DNA of 43,089 nt, taken from NCBI RefSeq assembly GCF_001194135.2, contig NC_068982.1:24726526-24769614 (forward strand), given 5' to 3'. This document shows positions 10,422 through 22,467 of the stretch, piece by piece; the first letter of the stretch is position 1; every line of letters begins with the position of its first letter. Source of the stretch: Octopus bimaculoides (taxonomy: Eukaryota). The position numbers and the translations under genes were made by a program. The notes below the pieces were generated by a model that ran no database searches, had not been told where the DNA came from, and worked only from the letters and a program-made list of their open reading frames with translations.

Positions 10422-13400
10422 GATAACTATAGATGTATATTCAGGTAATCAGGCTTGCATGCGTGAGAATGTGTGATGCTGTACATTTTGTATGTGCATT
10501 CTATCTATGGATGGAAATCTAAGTTGGTGGATAGTATACTTAATATGAAAATGAAGATATTTGGAATTTTTAAATAGACCATACGAATTTCGACGCGTGA
10601 CATTTAGGTGGGTGATATTTTCCCTCTTTATGTTCTGTAAATAATATCATTATGTGATATAAAAGAGTTATTTGATAGTCATATATAAGATTTATTATAT
10701 TCTAAAATATTTACTATTAACTTATACTTTTATAATAAAGTAAGTGATACAAATAAATTGACACTAGACGTGATTGAAATATTTATTTGCTACTCTATAA
10801 CTGGGAATGACAAATCAATTACTTCAGCTGTTAATTTGGTCGGAAATATATTCCGAGGTTGTGATAAAGAAAACTAGTTGGTGGTATACAATTGCAATTC
10901 ATTTATTTAAAGCAATATTGCCACGTGATGCATGGAATAGTGATTTTAATAAATAGAAATCAATTAAAATGTTTCTGTATCATCCTACATGAGAAAAGAA
11001 ATTGCTATATTTTATAAACATTCAATTCCATCTAATGCAAACATATATATGCATATATAGTTTTGTGTGTATGAGGAGTCTATGTATCAGTATATATACA
11101 TATATAAACTATCCATTAATATTAAAGTTATTTACTTATAAATCAGACCCTCAAATAGGAAGTATTTCTTTCATTTATTCATAATGAAAAGACATGTAAT
11201 TCATCAAAGCTATCTCTATTATACTTTCTATGAAAAAAAAAAAANNNNNNNNNNNNNNNNNNNNNNNNNNNNNNNNNNNNNNNNNNNNNNNNNNNNNNNN
11301 NNNNNNNNNNNNNNNNNNNNNNNNNNNNNNNNNNNNNNNNNNNNNNNNNNNNNNNNNNNNNNNNNNNNNNNNNNNNNNNNNNNNNNNNNNNNNNNNNNNN
11401 NNNNNNNNNNNNNNNNNNNNNNNNNNNNNNNNNNNNNNNNNNNNNNNNNNNNNNNNNNNNNNNNNNNNNNNNNNNNNNNNNNNNNNNNNNNNNNNNNNNN
11501 NNNNNNNNNNNNNNNNNNNNNNNNNNNNNNNNNNNNNNNNNNNNNNNNNNNNNNNNNNNNNNNNNNNNNNNNNNNNNNNNNNNNNNNNNNNNNNNNNNNN
11601 NNNNNNNNATATATATATATATATATATATATACACGCGAATGAGAGAGAGAGAGCGGGAGAGAGAGAAAGAAAGAAAGAGAACTATAGGTGTATATATC
11701 TGTCGCTATTCTCCAGTTCTGTAGTCAATATTTTACTAGTGGAAGTAACAATATTGAAATTGATCTGAGGAGAGCAAACCATTGTTACACAAAATATTTT
11801 TAGGTACTTATTGATTTTTTGTTACATTTTTCTGATTGCCATGAGAACCTCTGATACAGATTTGAATGAACCTTATCATTTCTCTATAACGCAGAGGAAG
11901 AAATGTTTATTGTCTGAACAATGACTATAGAAATTCCACAAAATACAAACAAAAAAATGAAAGTGTTAGGGAGACATACAATGATATGCGCATGTAAATA
12001 GAATCTATTGAATTATGATACATATTCATATTTCAAAAACACCACAATTGCTGACAATTACAAGGATAGACTTCAATAAAAGAATAACGTCTGAAGTAGT
12101 TCTTAGGTAGTTTGGCATATGAAACACTACACTATCATACGCATAGCATAACAATTACGTGTTTTGATGATTTTGATGCTGGTTATTATAATGGCGCTGA
12201 TATATAAGAGAATGCTCACAATGATGATGATTATAATTAAGAAGTGAAAGAAACCTTTATAACTTCAGAAAATTCAAGACGAAATTATAAAGAACGGATG
12301 AAATGCCTTTATATCTAAATGTGTGCATAGCATTAGGAAATGTACGACTAGATCAAAATATTAAAGACGAATAACCACATGGGATCGATACATTGTACCA
12401 TTTGATGTTTGCCGACGAATAATTACCTATATTTCCAATATTGTACATAAAAACCTTATAATGCAGAAGAAATCACATTAGACTCTCAGAGAAAAAATGA
12501 GAAATACATGTTTGCAAAACTTGTCAGTAAATGAATGAAACAATTTCTTATATATTGGTAAAAGTAAATTAACATAAAACTTAACGTCAATATATAGTAA
12601 ATACTATTAGTTTATTAAACTAATTATAACTGTGTGGAACGCTTATGTTCCTTGAATTTGTACAAAATATAGTTACACTATTCCGAATAAATAGTTCTAA
12701 GATTATTGAATAAACTTGACTTTTTTATATCTGTTTTNNNNNNNNNNTTTTTTTTTGTCAGCGGCTTGTAGTCATGGTTTTAACTGTCTATGGAAGTAGT
12801 GCGAAATGTTAGCAGGAATTCTCACATAAATGTAGTTTTCTACACAGTTTCTAAACTCGTCGCTTAGTTCCAGAAGTGTAACGAGAAAACATTCAGTCGA
12901 AATTTACAGCATTGACATTGCTGGTATCAGTATTAATTAGCAGCATGTTTTAATCTGTGTAATATATTAGGAGTGTATTCAAATATATTTCAATATATAT
13001 TTAAGCTTAATAAACCAGTAACGTTGTTAAACAGTTAGAGTAATATTTGGCTTTTTAAGTAGCAAATTTGATAAAACTTTACAGAATAAATGCTGGCAAT
13101 CTGAAAATCAAGGATCCCAACATCATTGTTGTACATATTCAATTCAATGTTATTTCGATTCAAATTGTATTGTTTATAAAAATGAATATCCACATGTTAA
13201 GTATATACATAAAACTTTATAGAGTGAATGTTGTGCATGTATGGAGAACAAAGCAATTATACGAGCCATTATTGAATTGTTTCCATATAGAAAGAGTCTA
13301 TAGTCGTATATGTATTTAAACATTCAAAATGTAAATAAGTATATTCAAATCTACCAAATTAATATAGGTGCTTTCTGCCAATAAATGAGATTTTAATTAC

Positions 13401-14309
13401 AACCACTCATTTACGCTTCTGTTTATAGATCAAATAACAGATAATTAGACAGAAAAATATCAAGACGTGTAATGAAGCGAAATTAGAAGTATCCATTTCA
13501 TGTTATAAATTCGTACATGTTATTTCAGACTTTCAGCTGAATGACACAGAAGCTTTTAGCTAACAGTACATTCATATCCACAACCAATTTCACCGACAAT
13601 GCAGTCCATCAATGACGAATATTTTTTTTCTTTTTTGTTTCCGTTTCTAGCCTTAGAATCGCATTCATTTTCAGAAAGGTAACATAATTTGTGCTTGTAA
13701 GAAATCTAATGAAAATATATTGGTTAGGTCACATATAATTACAGTTACAAAGAGAGGAAACGTCAGATATCTTTAACTGTGCTTATGAAATATGTGCTAT
13801 ATAGTAATTCTTTTTACTAAATAATTGAATTTGCATTAATTCTGAGGCAACAGATTCTCCATTTGATATATGGATAACAATTTATATATAATGAGTTTTT
13901 CCCTTCATATTGTATTTATGTTTTCTTATGAATAACCGATTTCATGTACTTGTATTACTTTGTTTCTTTGTCAAAAATATATATATGTATAAGCGAATGT
14001 TTCATTAAGTGTCTCAGAAAGTTATCTCTCACACACTTCGAGGCATGCGCACATGATATGCCTTTTGCGACATATTGACATATTCACAGTTAAATGTGTT
14101 TCTGAATACAAGATTTTAAACATTGCAAATGTGGAAGTTTCTTCACGCAGCCAGTTGTATTTTAGATTCGATTAGTCATTGAAGTGTAACTATTATACGA
14201 TCATTTATTGTAACCTAAACAAATCGAATCTACCATATGAAAATTATTCTATTCTATTATATGTTGTTCAATAACAGTTCGGTTATGGGACAATTGTGAA
14301 ACTTATGTA

Positions 14310-14314
14310 CGTAT

Positions 14315-14352
<38 letters not shown>

Positions 14353-14496
14353 TTGCACATTTGAATATACTATTTTAAATGCACATGTATATATACGTAT
14401 ATATACACATGTATATATACATATATATACACATCTATATATACATATATATCTGTGTCTGTGTCTGGGAATGTGAGTGTTTGAATGGTTGTGTGT

Positions 14497-14536
<40 letters not shown>

Positions 14537-14900
14537 ACGTGCGCGTGTGGGTGTGATTGTGTGTTTTCTCCATATATTATGAAGCAGTGCTTAATAATGT
14601 CTAGAGAAGAAAATTGGATGAATGAATGCTGTGATAAATGTGTCAGAATAGGAGAGAAATTAGTTCAGAAGAGAGAGAGACAGACAGACAGAGAGACACA
14701 GAGAGAGAGAGACAGACAGAGAGACAGAGAGAGAGAGACAGACAGAGAGACAGAGAGAGAGAGAGACAGACAGAGAGACAGAGAGAGAGAGGGGGGGAGA
14801 GAGAGAGAGGAATACAGACGGACAGATAGACTGACAAACAAAGACAGACAGACAGAGAAAGAGAGGGAGAGAATGATAGACAGCGATAGAAGAGAGAGAT
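14310..14900. repeat. Compound microsatellite block (CA, TA, TG, then GA/GACA)
   Basis: Directly visible dinucleotide and tetranucleotide runs; source of the spurious ORFs at 14257-14972. Confidence 0.9.
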
Positions 14901-15116
14901 AGTGTATATTGGATGCGGAAGATTATAGGATTTTAAAATATGGTTCAATTTAAGTAGTGCAGATGATGACATCGATGAAATATTCCCTCAATTTGCAGGA
15001 CTTTTACATAAATTTGAAATCCTTATGCTACGTGAAATGAATTACTGCATTCCAGTATTTGCAGTATAATTCATAGTAATACTGCTTTTAACAATTACCA
15101 AGATGTAGTTATTGCA

Positions 15117-15215
15117 TGACATGAACTGGCAGAATGGGTACTGCATTACACGAAATATATTCGAGGTCAACTGTGCCTTTCATCGTATCCGGTTCGTGAA
15201 ATAAAATATTAGTCT
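15117..15215 (+). mobile_element. Degraded, internally deleted SINE fragment (GGCGGCGAGCTGGCAG family)
   Basis: gaactggcagaatggg...cgaggtcaactgtgcctttcatcgtatccgg resembles the head and body of the 5152 and 15579 copies. Confidence 0.55.
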
Positions 15216-15578
15216 GTAGCTGTGGATTGGCTGATTGGCAGGATCGATAAAGCTTTAGAAGGGATAACTAGCAGTATTTGCTACAGCTTTGCGTCCAGCA
15301 TAACTTAGTTGCAAGTTCCAGCATAACCTATTTGCAAGTTAAAACCGCCACGCGAAACATTGCATATGTTTAGTGGAATACTGATGTTAGACCTGCCCTT
15401 GGAAAATTTCTCCCTCCTTCCATAGCATCAGTTTTGGAGTTCGTCTAACTATAGGCGGAGAAACCCATTCTTCGAAATGATAAAGATAAACATATGATGC
15501 GGTTCTTCACATTATATTTCAATGTAGTATTTGACAAGATATTTATATTAAGTTGTAAATATTTTAGTGTTGTTTTAA

Positions 15579-15791
15579 GGCGACGAGCTTGCAGAACCGT
15601 TAGTAAGCTGGCCAAAATGCTTAGCGGTATTTCACCCATCTTTACGTCCAACGTTCAAATTCCGGCGTGGTCAGTTTTGCTTTTCATCTTTTCGGGGTCG
15701 ATAAAATAAGTACCATTTGAACATTGGGAGCGACGTAATCGACTTACTCTCTCCTCTGATGTTGCTGGCCTTGTGCCAAAATTTGAAACAA
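15579..15791 (+). mobile_element. Monomeric tRNA-derived SINE, same family as the 5152-5593 dimer
   Basis: ggcgacgagcttgcagaaccgttag head, gttcaaattcc B box, ttcggggtcgataaaataagtacc body, gttgctggccttgtgccaaaatttgaaac tail. Confidence 0.88.
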
Positions 15792-16318
15792 TAGCTTAGT
15801 ACTGTCCTTTCTAATGGTGTTTTCTTAATGTTGACATTCTTGACATTGATGTTGCTGTTGTGCTATTGCTATGTACTTAAACTTATTTGATCGTCGCTGG
15901 AATCTGTTTGAGTAGATATATCTTTTATTTGCTTTAGTCATTAGATTTCTGCCATGCTGGGGCACGACCTTGAAAAATTTTTAATTCAATGATTCGACCA
16001 CATTGCTTTGTTTTTTAACCTGCTACTTATTCTATCGGTCTCTTTTTTGCAGAATCTCTAAGTTACTGGTATGTAAACACACCAAGACATGTTGTCAAGC
16101 GGTGGTGAGAGACAAACACAGACATAAATATGGACACATACATACGCGCGCTCCTATACATACATACATACATACNNNNNNNNNNNNNNNNNNNNNNNNN
16201 NNNNNNNNNNNNNNNNNNNNNNNNNNNNNNNNNNNNNNNNNNNNNNNNNNNNNNNNNNNNNNNNNNNNNNNNNNNNNNNNNNNNNNNNNNNNNNNNNNNN
16301 NNNNNNNNNNNNNNNNNN

Positions 16319-16349
<31 letters not shown>

Positions 16350-16399
16350 TGAAAGGCTTCTTTCAGTTTCCATCTTCCACATTTAGGCTTTGGTCGGCC

Positions 16400-16667
16400 T
16401 ACTCCTTTTCTTCCTCTTTCTATCTCCCCTTCTTCCTAATTCTCCTGGGTAACCCCACTGGCCGGCATTCGCCATAATAGATCACTAGCCACTAAACCTT
16501 TTTCTATTTTCTCTACCTCTTTATTTCTGTGTTCCTTTCTGTCGAAGAGCGTAGGCTCGAAATGTAAAAGACATTTTCACTTCCCGAGCGTTAAACTAAT
16601 ACTTCTGTTTGTTGTTTATACACCCGTCTTCGTCTATATTTTTTTTATTTTGTAAATTCTTACTATA
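16400..16667 (+). mobile_element. Penelope pLTR-like repeat (copy 1) bearing a hammerhead-like motif
   Basis: Its 3' part aligns with 17350-17501 (tttctgtgttcctttctgt.gaagagcgt.ggctcgaaatgt.aa.gac.tttt.cacttcccgagc.ttaaactaatac...gtaaattct). It interrupts a SINE with no clear TSD. Confidence 0.65.
16535..16570 (+). ncRNA. Minimal type I hammerhead-ribozyme-like motif, non-canonical core (copy 1)
   Basis: CTTT (stem I) - CTGTCGAA (core) - GAGC gtag GCTC (stem II) - GAAA - T GT A - AAAG (stem I'). Deviates from CUGANGA at A6 and from the ACGU palindrome by C>T. Confidence 0.5.
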
Positions 16668-17075
16668 TTAGGAGACACACAAGGTGCCACTCAGTGGTAA
16701 TAAACACAGAACCATGAGTTGTAACAATATTATATTGGTTTTAAATCTTTGCCTAAGGCCATCAATTCGGGGAATGGGTTAAATGAAATACTCTTGTGCA
16801 TTTCTCTGTCACAACATATGATTGAGAAAGGAAGGTGTGATCCATCGATGAAAGTGGGATGGTGAAAAGTCAACGGTGAAACAAAAATCAAAGATCTTCA
16901 ATTGTGTATGAGTATAAGTGTGTCCGTGTAAAAAGGAGGAATGTGAATGTTTGTGTGTATGTGTATGTATGTGTTTGTGTAAAATATATTTATATATTAG
17001 AGTAACTTTAGACGTGTTTCTGTATGTTTATTTAGAAAGATATATAGAAAATAGAATTACAGTCACACGCGCATG

Positions 17076-17135
<60 letters not shown>

Positions 17136-17260
17136 NNNNNNNNNNNNNNNNNNNNNNNNNNNNNNNNNNNNNNNNNNNNNNNNNNNNNNNNNNNNNNNNN
17201 NNNNNNNNNNNNNNNNNNNNNNNNNNNNNNNNNNNNNNNNNNNNNNNNNNNNNNNNNNNN

Positions 17261-17501
17261 GGAGTCCAGTGTAATCCATGGGCAGAAGAGGTGCAGCTGA
17301 AGTGTACGATAGTAGAAAGTCTAGTTAGAGAATCCGTAAAAGTTCGTTGTCACCTTGTTTCTTTCTGTGTTCCTTTCTGTGGAAGAGCGTGGGCTCGAAA
17401 TGTTAACGACTTTTTCACTTCCCGAGCATTAAACTAATACACCAGTTTGCTGTCTACACCACCTGTCTTCGTATTTTTTTGGTAAATTCTCCCCTTATAT
17501 A
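17261..17501 (+). mobile_element. Penelope pLTR-like repeat (copy 2) bearing a hammerhead-like motif
   Basis: Same 3' block as 16400-16667 with a different 5' portion; begins at a gap edge. Confidence 0.65.
17373..17408 (+). ncRNA. Minimal type I hammerhead-ribozyme-like motif, non-canonical core (copy 2)
   Basis: CTTT - CTGTGGAA - GAGC gtgg GCTC - GAAA - T GT T - AACG; stem I has one mismatch. Confidence 0.42.
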
Positions 17502-19739
17502 GACAAATACACTTAAAAAAGAAGGAATCGGTACTGATACACATAAATATATTCACATGCACACACAATCTCACACAGAGTTGAAGCACTGTTTGATTTT
17601 TTTTTCACCGTTTTGTACTCTTTTCATATATAAAACACTGAATTAGCCGTCATTTTTGCCAGCACGGGGTCAGCTAGTATATATATGTTTACATATGTGT
17701 GTGAGTGCGTGTGTGTGAATGTGTGTATGTGTGTAAATTCTATCCATCTATGCATTGTTGAGAATTCATTTTCAACGTTCGACATTTACGTGTATATATA
17801 TATATGTGTGTGTATGTATATGTGTGTGCGTCTGTGTTTGTGTCTGTTTGTGCGTGCCTGTGTGTATGTTTATGTGATGTGCATGTATGGATGCATGGAA
17901 ATATATATGTTAAGTACGTGTATATATACACGCGTGCGCAATCGCATGTAGTGATGCTGGGCTCGTGTGAGTGTACCTATATAAGTTTACATATGCGTTA
18001 TTTGCAATGTGCGTGTGTTTGTGTTTGTGTGTGTGTGCATGTTTGTGTGTCGGTTTGTATAGCTTCACATATATGAGAAATAGTCGATTCAGTCCATACG
18101 ATACACATTTATAACGTACTGCCTTCGGGAAATTTAATTTTTCGTACCAACATCACGAATATATCACCTTTCATAAGAAATAAATCCTAAACGTTTTCAT
18201 TGAATATCGGTGAAGCAATATATTTTCATATGGGATTTCACATTTTAACCTGATTATCATTTAAATTGAATTCAATTTTGCAACTGACTCATTTCCAGAA
18301 TATTTTCATGAACTCACACCATTGAAATCGTTTGTTGCTCAAGTTCATGAATAGAAGCTGTATTTGCATTTTTATGGCGCTAAATGTTACTCTATTATTT
18401 AAGCTAAATGTTGTTGTTTAAATCCAAGTGAGATTTAACTGAACATACCTATGATCAAAGGTGATGTAGACATGTGCGGTTTGCCTTTTTCTTGAAGTGT
18501 AGATGTACAATGTGAACCTTAACGTCTAGTTAACTAGGTTTTGTAAACAGGTAAAATTGTATCCGATAACCGGAGAAAATACGGGTGCTATTGAAGTGCC
18601 TCATTAGATGTATATCTAATGATGCACGCCAGTGTTGTGAGTAGATATATTATTGAAACTTAAGAGTTATAAGAATTTAGTGTCTTTCAAGAGAAGCTAT
18701 TTAGTGATATGATTAATCTGTTGTGAATTGTCCGCGTGTCTTACGCCGTAGTTGATGTACTGAGGATACCAAGCGAATGAAGCCGAGTGATTTATTTAAC
18801 TTACTCAAGATGTTCACTGAAAGTGTGAGAATATGATGCTTACGTATTCTTTGACACGATGACAGTTTTATAATGTGCGGAGAATTCGATGGACACTGAC
18901 TCTCGAAAAATAATCAAAAGGAAAGTGTTCTCCTCTATACTTGAGAGTGGCTACCCTCAATTATTTCTAAATATATATTTGCCAATTAGGATAAATAGCA
19001 ACAGTTCTTCGTAAATTTTCTGACGAAGTGCATGGGCTTTATCATTACTTAAACTTTAATAAGATGCGGTAATGTTTTGCTTCCGAATTATCGAAAATTT
19101 CCGTTGTTTTTGTTTTTGATTTTAGCAACATCACAATATGACAAACTTAACTACATCATTTTCTGTTCACATCGCTGTAGACGTATGCCAGAGAGGAAGG
19201 AACGTTGCTTTACATTATAACATATTTGCCCTGTTGATGCGTTGCAATACAAGAGGTGTAAAATATATTGTTTGATTTTACAAATGTGAACGGAAGACGT
19301 CTTATATTTTCCTTTGCAATCCTCGTGAGAACTATGTTCAGAGTTTGCAATAATCTGAATCGTTAGTTACATATACGTATCTGCTGAAGTAGCCTCGGTC
19401 ATTGGTATATCTGATCCAAAGTGAAAAAAGTAATGTGGCTAATGGATTCAGTGACATGTGTTGCATTCATTTAAATTGTAAGACTAAATGTAATTTGAGG
19501 AAGCTCAGTGTTAAAACGTTGCCACAAGTAAGAATATGATCTCAGCCAGCGCAAATGGACAAACTGTCAAAGAAATCAACATAATGTGATGTAATATTTA
19601 CATTAACTTAAATATCTTTTTACGTAATGATGGTTTGCTTCTGTAAAATTTATCGTTTCTATGTGGAAAATTGTAAAACCTGTAGCGCGCGTGCGTAAGT
19701 GTGTGTTTCATTGTGGAGGACACTTCTGTGTTCCGTTTT

Positions 19740-20330
19740 TATTTTCTTTCTTAATTCTGTGGTGACTGTACTTTGTGGAGTTGGGATAAGAGCAGGCTTG
19801 GCGTGGTTGAATTTGTTGAGGGGAGCATTCACAATATTATGACATTCCTCAGTGCCTCTATATTAACTAATAGAGTGTCTAGTGCTTGGTAGGTGGGTAA
19901 ATGGGTTGCCTTCTTGCAAACACATTCTCTCATGAAGAGAATGGTGGCATATATTGGGATGCCCTTTTGTTTGTGTAATATAAGGGTGATGTGGTTGTCT
20001 GTTCATGGATGTTCAATAGTTGATGCGTCTAGTTCCTGGGAGGTGAATGAAAAGACGGATTTGTCGTAAACACATCATCTTACGGAGGGAATAACGGCAG
20101 ATCTTTGGGTTCCCTTTTGTTTGTGAAGGTGGGATATGTGGCAATTGTTTGGTTACAGAAGATTTAGAGGTGAATGATTCTGGGAATAATGTGGTAAGGA
20201 CTGTTCCTGGTGAACTTGGTTACGATGATATGTTAGTCATTCTATTGCTGAGTTGTAACGTTGAAGGACTGGTAAGAGCTGTGGTGATGGAGACAGTAGT
20301 GTTAATGTTTGCAAAATTACCCGAAACGAA
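19740..20330 (-). mobile_element. Possible decayed Penelope-like RT/thumb fragment
   Basis: Minus-strand FSFTSQELDASTI and YYTNKRASQYMPPFSS (~19934-19983) weakly resemble the KFT....FLD.TI and Y.KPT...QYL...SSHP motifs of PLE RTs. The strand compositional skew is typical of such relics. Confidence 0.33.
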
Positions 20331-20349
20331 ATAAAAAGGAAATAGTGCA

Positions 20350-21880
20350 ACGAGTGTAAAAAAAATGTAGGAAATGAATATGACAACAAACATGCGCAGA
20401 AGGCAACGTGGGGGTGGAGAGGACTTCAAAAAATTCACAAGATCCGTATTTTTCCCTCATAACTTTTAGGAAAATGGGATTTTTTAAAATTAAATTTTAT
20501 ATAAATACCTTTCAGGCGGGATAGATTACGATTATAAAAAAATTGTGGGAAAAATCTTGGGGGAGAGAGAGGACGTTCGGAAAATTCACTAGATCCAAGT
20601 TTTTCCCTCGTAATTTTAAGGAAAATTGATATATTTTAATGAAATTGTATATAAATACCTTTCAAACTGCGTGCATTACGGATGCCTAATGTGCCGCAAA
20701 CCCCTTATCTTTGATCGGAAAAAAGTGGGTGGAGAAGCCGGAATTATTGGAAAAGGTTCTTTTTTTTTCGATGAATGAATTACGGTGACGTAATATGCCA
20801 CAATCTGCAATCTGAGATTAATATATCCAGTGATTTTTAGAGATATGTAAAAAATATTATTTTTTTAAATTTTATACTTTTACTTATTTCACACATACAC
20901 AAACGCTAACCTGGTTTTTATAAGGATTTTGTATCACTTTTTTCTCTCTCCTGCCCAGACTTCATAACCACTAATTCTTATAACCTCAGCTTTTTTACTT
21001 ATTCTTTTCATACTTGTTTGAATTTCCAATTTAATCTAATCCACGCTCTAAAATACGTATTTCTTCGAAATGTTATCTTAAAATATGGGTAAAAAAAAGA
21101 GGGAGCTAATGCAATTTCGCACTTCATCTTCAAAAATGCGTTTTTTTTGTTATTTTTTAAAATTTCTACGGATCCCTAGTTATGGTAAAGGTGAACTTGT
21201 GAAGCTTTAACGAAATTTTAAAGAAAAAACAGCCTTTGTTTTCCGGACAAGAAAAGTGGGTTTTGTGGCATTTTTAGTTCACCATAATTTATTCATCGAA
21301 AAAAGAAAAACATTTTCCAATAATTTCCGAACAAAAATAAGGGATTTACCGCATTTTAGGCATCCGAGTGCTCTTTGGTTATCTCCCCTCCATTAAAAAA
21401 TTGCCATTGAAAAATTGGGTTATCTCCCCTCTAAAATATATGTGGCGACAAGAGCTTGATTTAAAAGGGTTAGATCCTTTTCATTAAATACTTGAGCCCA
21501 TTGTCGACTTTTGGCCTCTTCAATAGGCATGGTATTATTTGTTATAAAAATGGTATTAGATTCAAGATGCTTACTCATTTCGCTTTTCAGGTTAAGTAAT
21601 CTTTCATTATTTATTATTTTTTTCGTTTTATTGAGGGTTAAACAATTTTTTTAGTTGGGGGAGATAACGCAATTTTTTAATGGGGTTGAGCTACCAGAAA
21701 GTACCGGCATCCGTAATGCTTGTAATTTGAAAGGCATTTATATAAAATGTATTCTCCTCAATGTTATGGGCAGAATACTCGGATGTTGTCAATTTTCCGA
21801 AGTCCTCTCTTCACGCCTCGGAAAAATGTTTACCCACGAATTTATTTGTAACCGTATTGTATGCTGTTTGAAAGGTATTT
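20350..21880. mobile_element. Foldback-like element: long inverted arms built from ~150-bp tandem units
   Basis: Direct units end in aaatacctttca at 20514 and 20664 (150-bp period). Left arm ~20500-20803 is inversely repeated by 21263-21366 plus 21706-21880, which runs into a gap. Unique spacer ~20806-21255. Confidence 0.7.
21367..21705. mobile_element. 339-bp MITE with ~55-bp imperfect TIRs and 8-bp TSD (Merlin-like)
   Basis: GGCATCCG at 21359-21366 and 21706-21713. Left end agtgctctttggttatctcccctccattaaaaaattgc versus right-end reverse complement ggtactttctggtagctcaaccccattaaaaaattgc. Confidence 0.7.
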
Positions 21881-22467
21881 NNNNNNNNNNNNNNNNNNNN
21901 NNNNNNNNNNNNNNNNNNNNNNNNNNNNNNNNNNNNNNNNNNNNNNNNNNNNNNNNNNNNNNNNNNNNNNNNNNNNNNNNNNNNNNNNNNNNNNNNNNNN
22001 NNNNNNNNNNNNNNNNNNNNNNNNNNNNNNNNNNNNNNNNNNNNNNNNNNNNNNNNNNNNNNNNNNNNNNNNNNNNNNNNNNNNNNNNNNNNNNNNNNNN
22101 NNNNNNNNNNNNNNNNNNNNNNNNNNNNNNNNNNNNNNNNNNNNNNNNNNNNNNNNNNNNNNNNNNNNNNNNNNNNNNNNNNNNNNNNNNNNNNNNNNNN
22201 NNNNNNNNNNNNNNNNNNNNNNNNNNNNNNNNNNNNNNNNNNNNNNNNNNNNNNNNNNNNNNNNNNNNNNNNNNNNNNNNNNNNNNNNNNNNNNNNNNNN
22301 NNNNNNNNNNNNNNNNNNNNNNNNNNNNNNNNNNNNNNNNNNNNNNNNNNNNNNNNNNNNNNNNNNNNNNNNNNNNNNNNNNNNNNNNNNNNNNNNNNNN
22401 NNNNNNNNNNNNNNNNNNNNNNNNNNNNNNNNNNNNNNNNNNNNNNNNNNNNNNNNNNNNNNNNNNN

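Larger units (their letters stand above)
15921..16725 (-). mobile_element. tRNA-derived SINE with internal microsatellite, split by an insertion at ~16400-16662
   Basis: Tail tcttttatttgctttagtcattag...gccatgctgg, body tacttattctatcggtctctttt, internal (TACA)/(TA)/(CA) run with a gap, then ggcttctttcagtttcc...ggctttggtcggcc. It resumes at ~16663 with ctatattaggagacac...caaggtgccactcagtgg...agaaccatg (tRNA-like head). Confidence 0.78.

Noticed and set aside
14929-15069. Open frame DFKIWFNLSSADDDIDEIFPQFAGLLHKFEIL..., a possible exon
   Set aside because: No polypyrimidine tract, no convincing donor and no recognisable homology; short enough to arise by chance.
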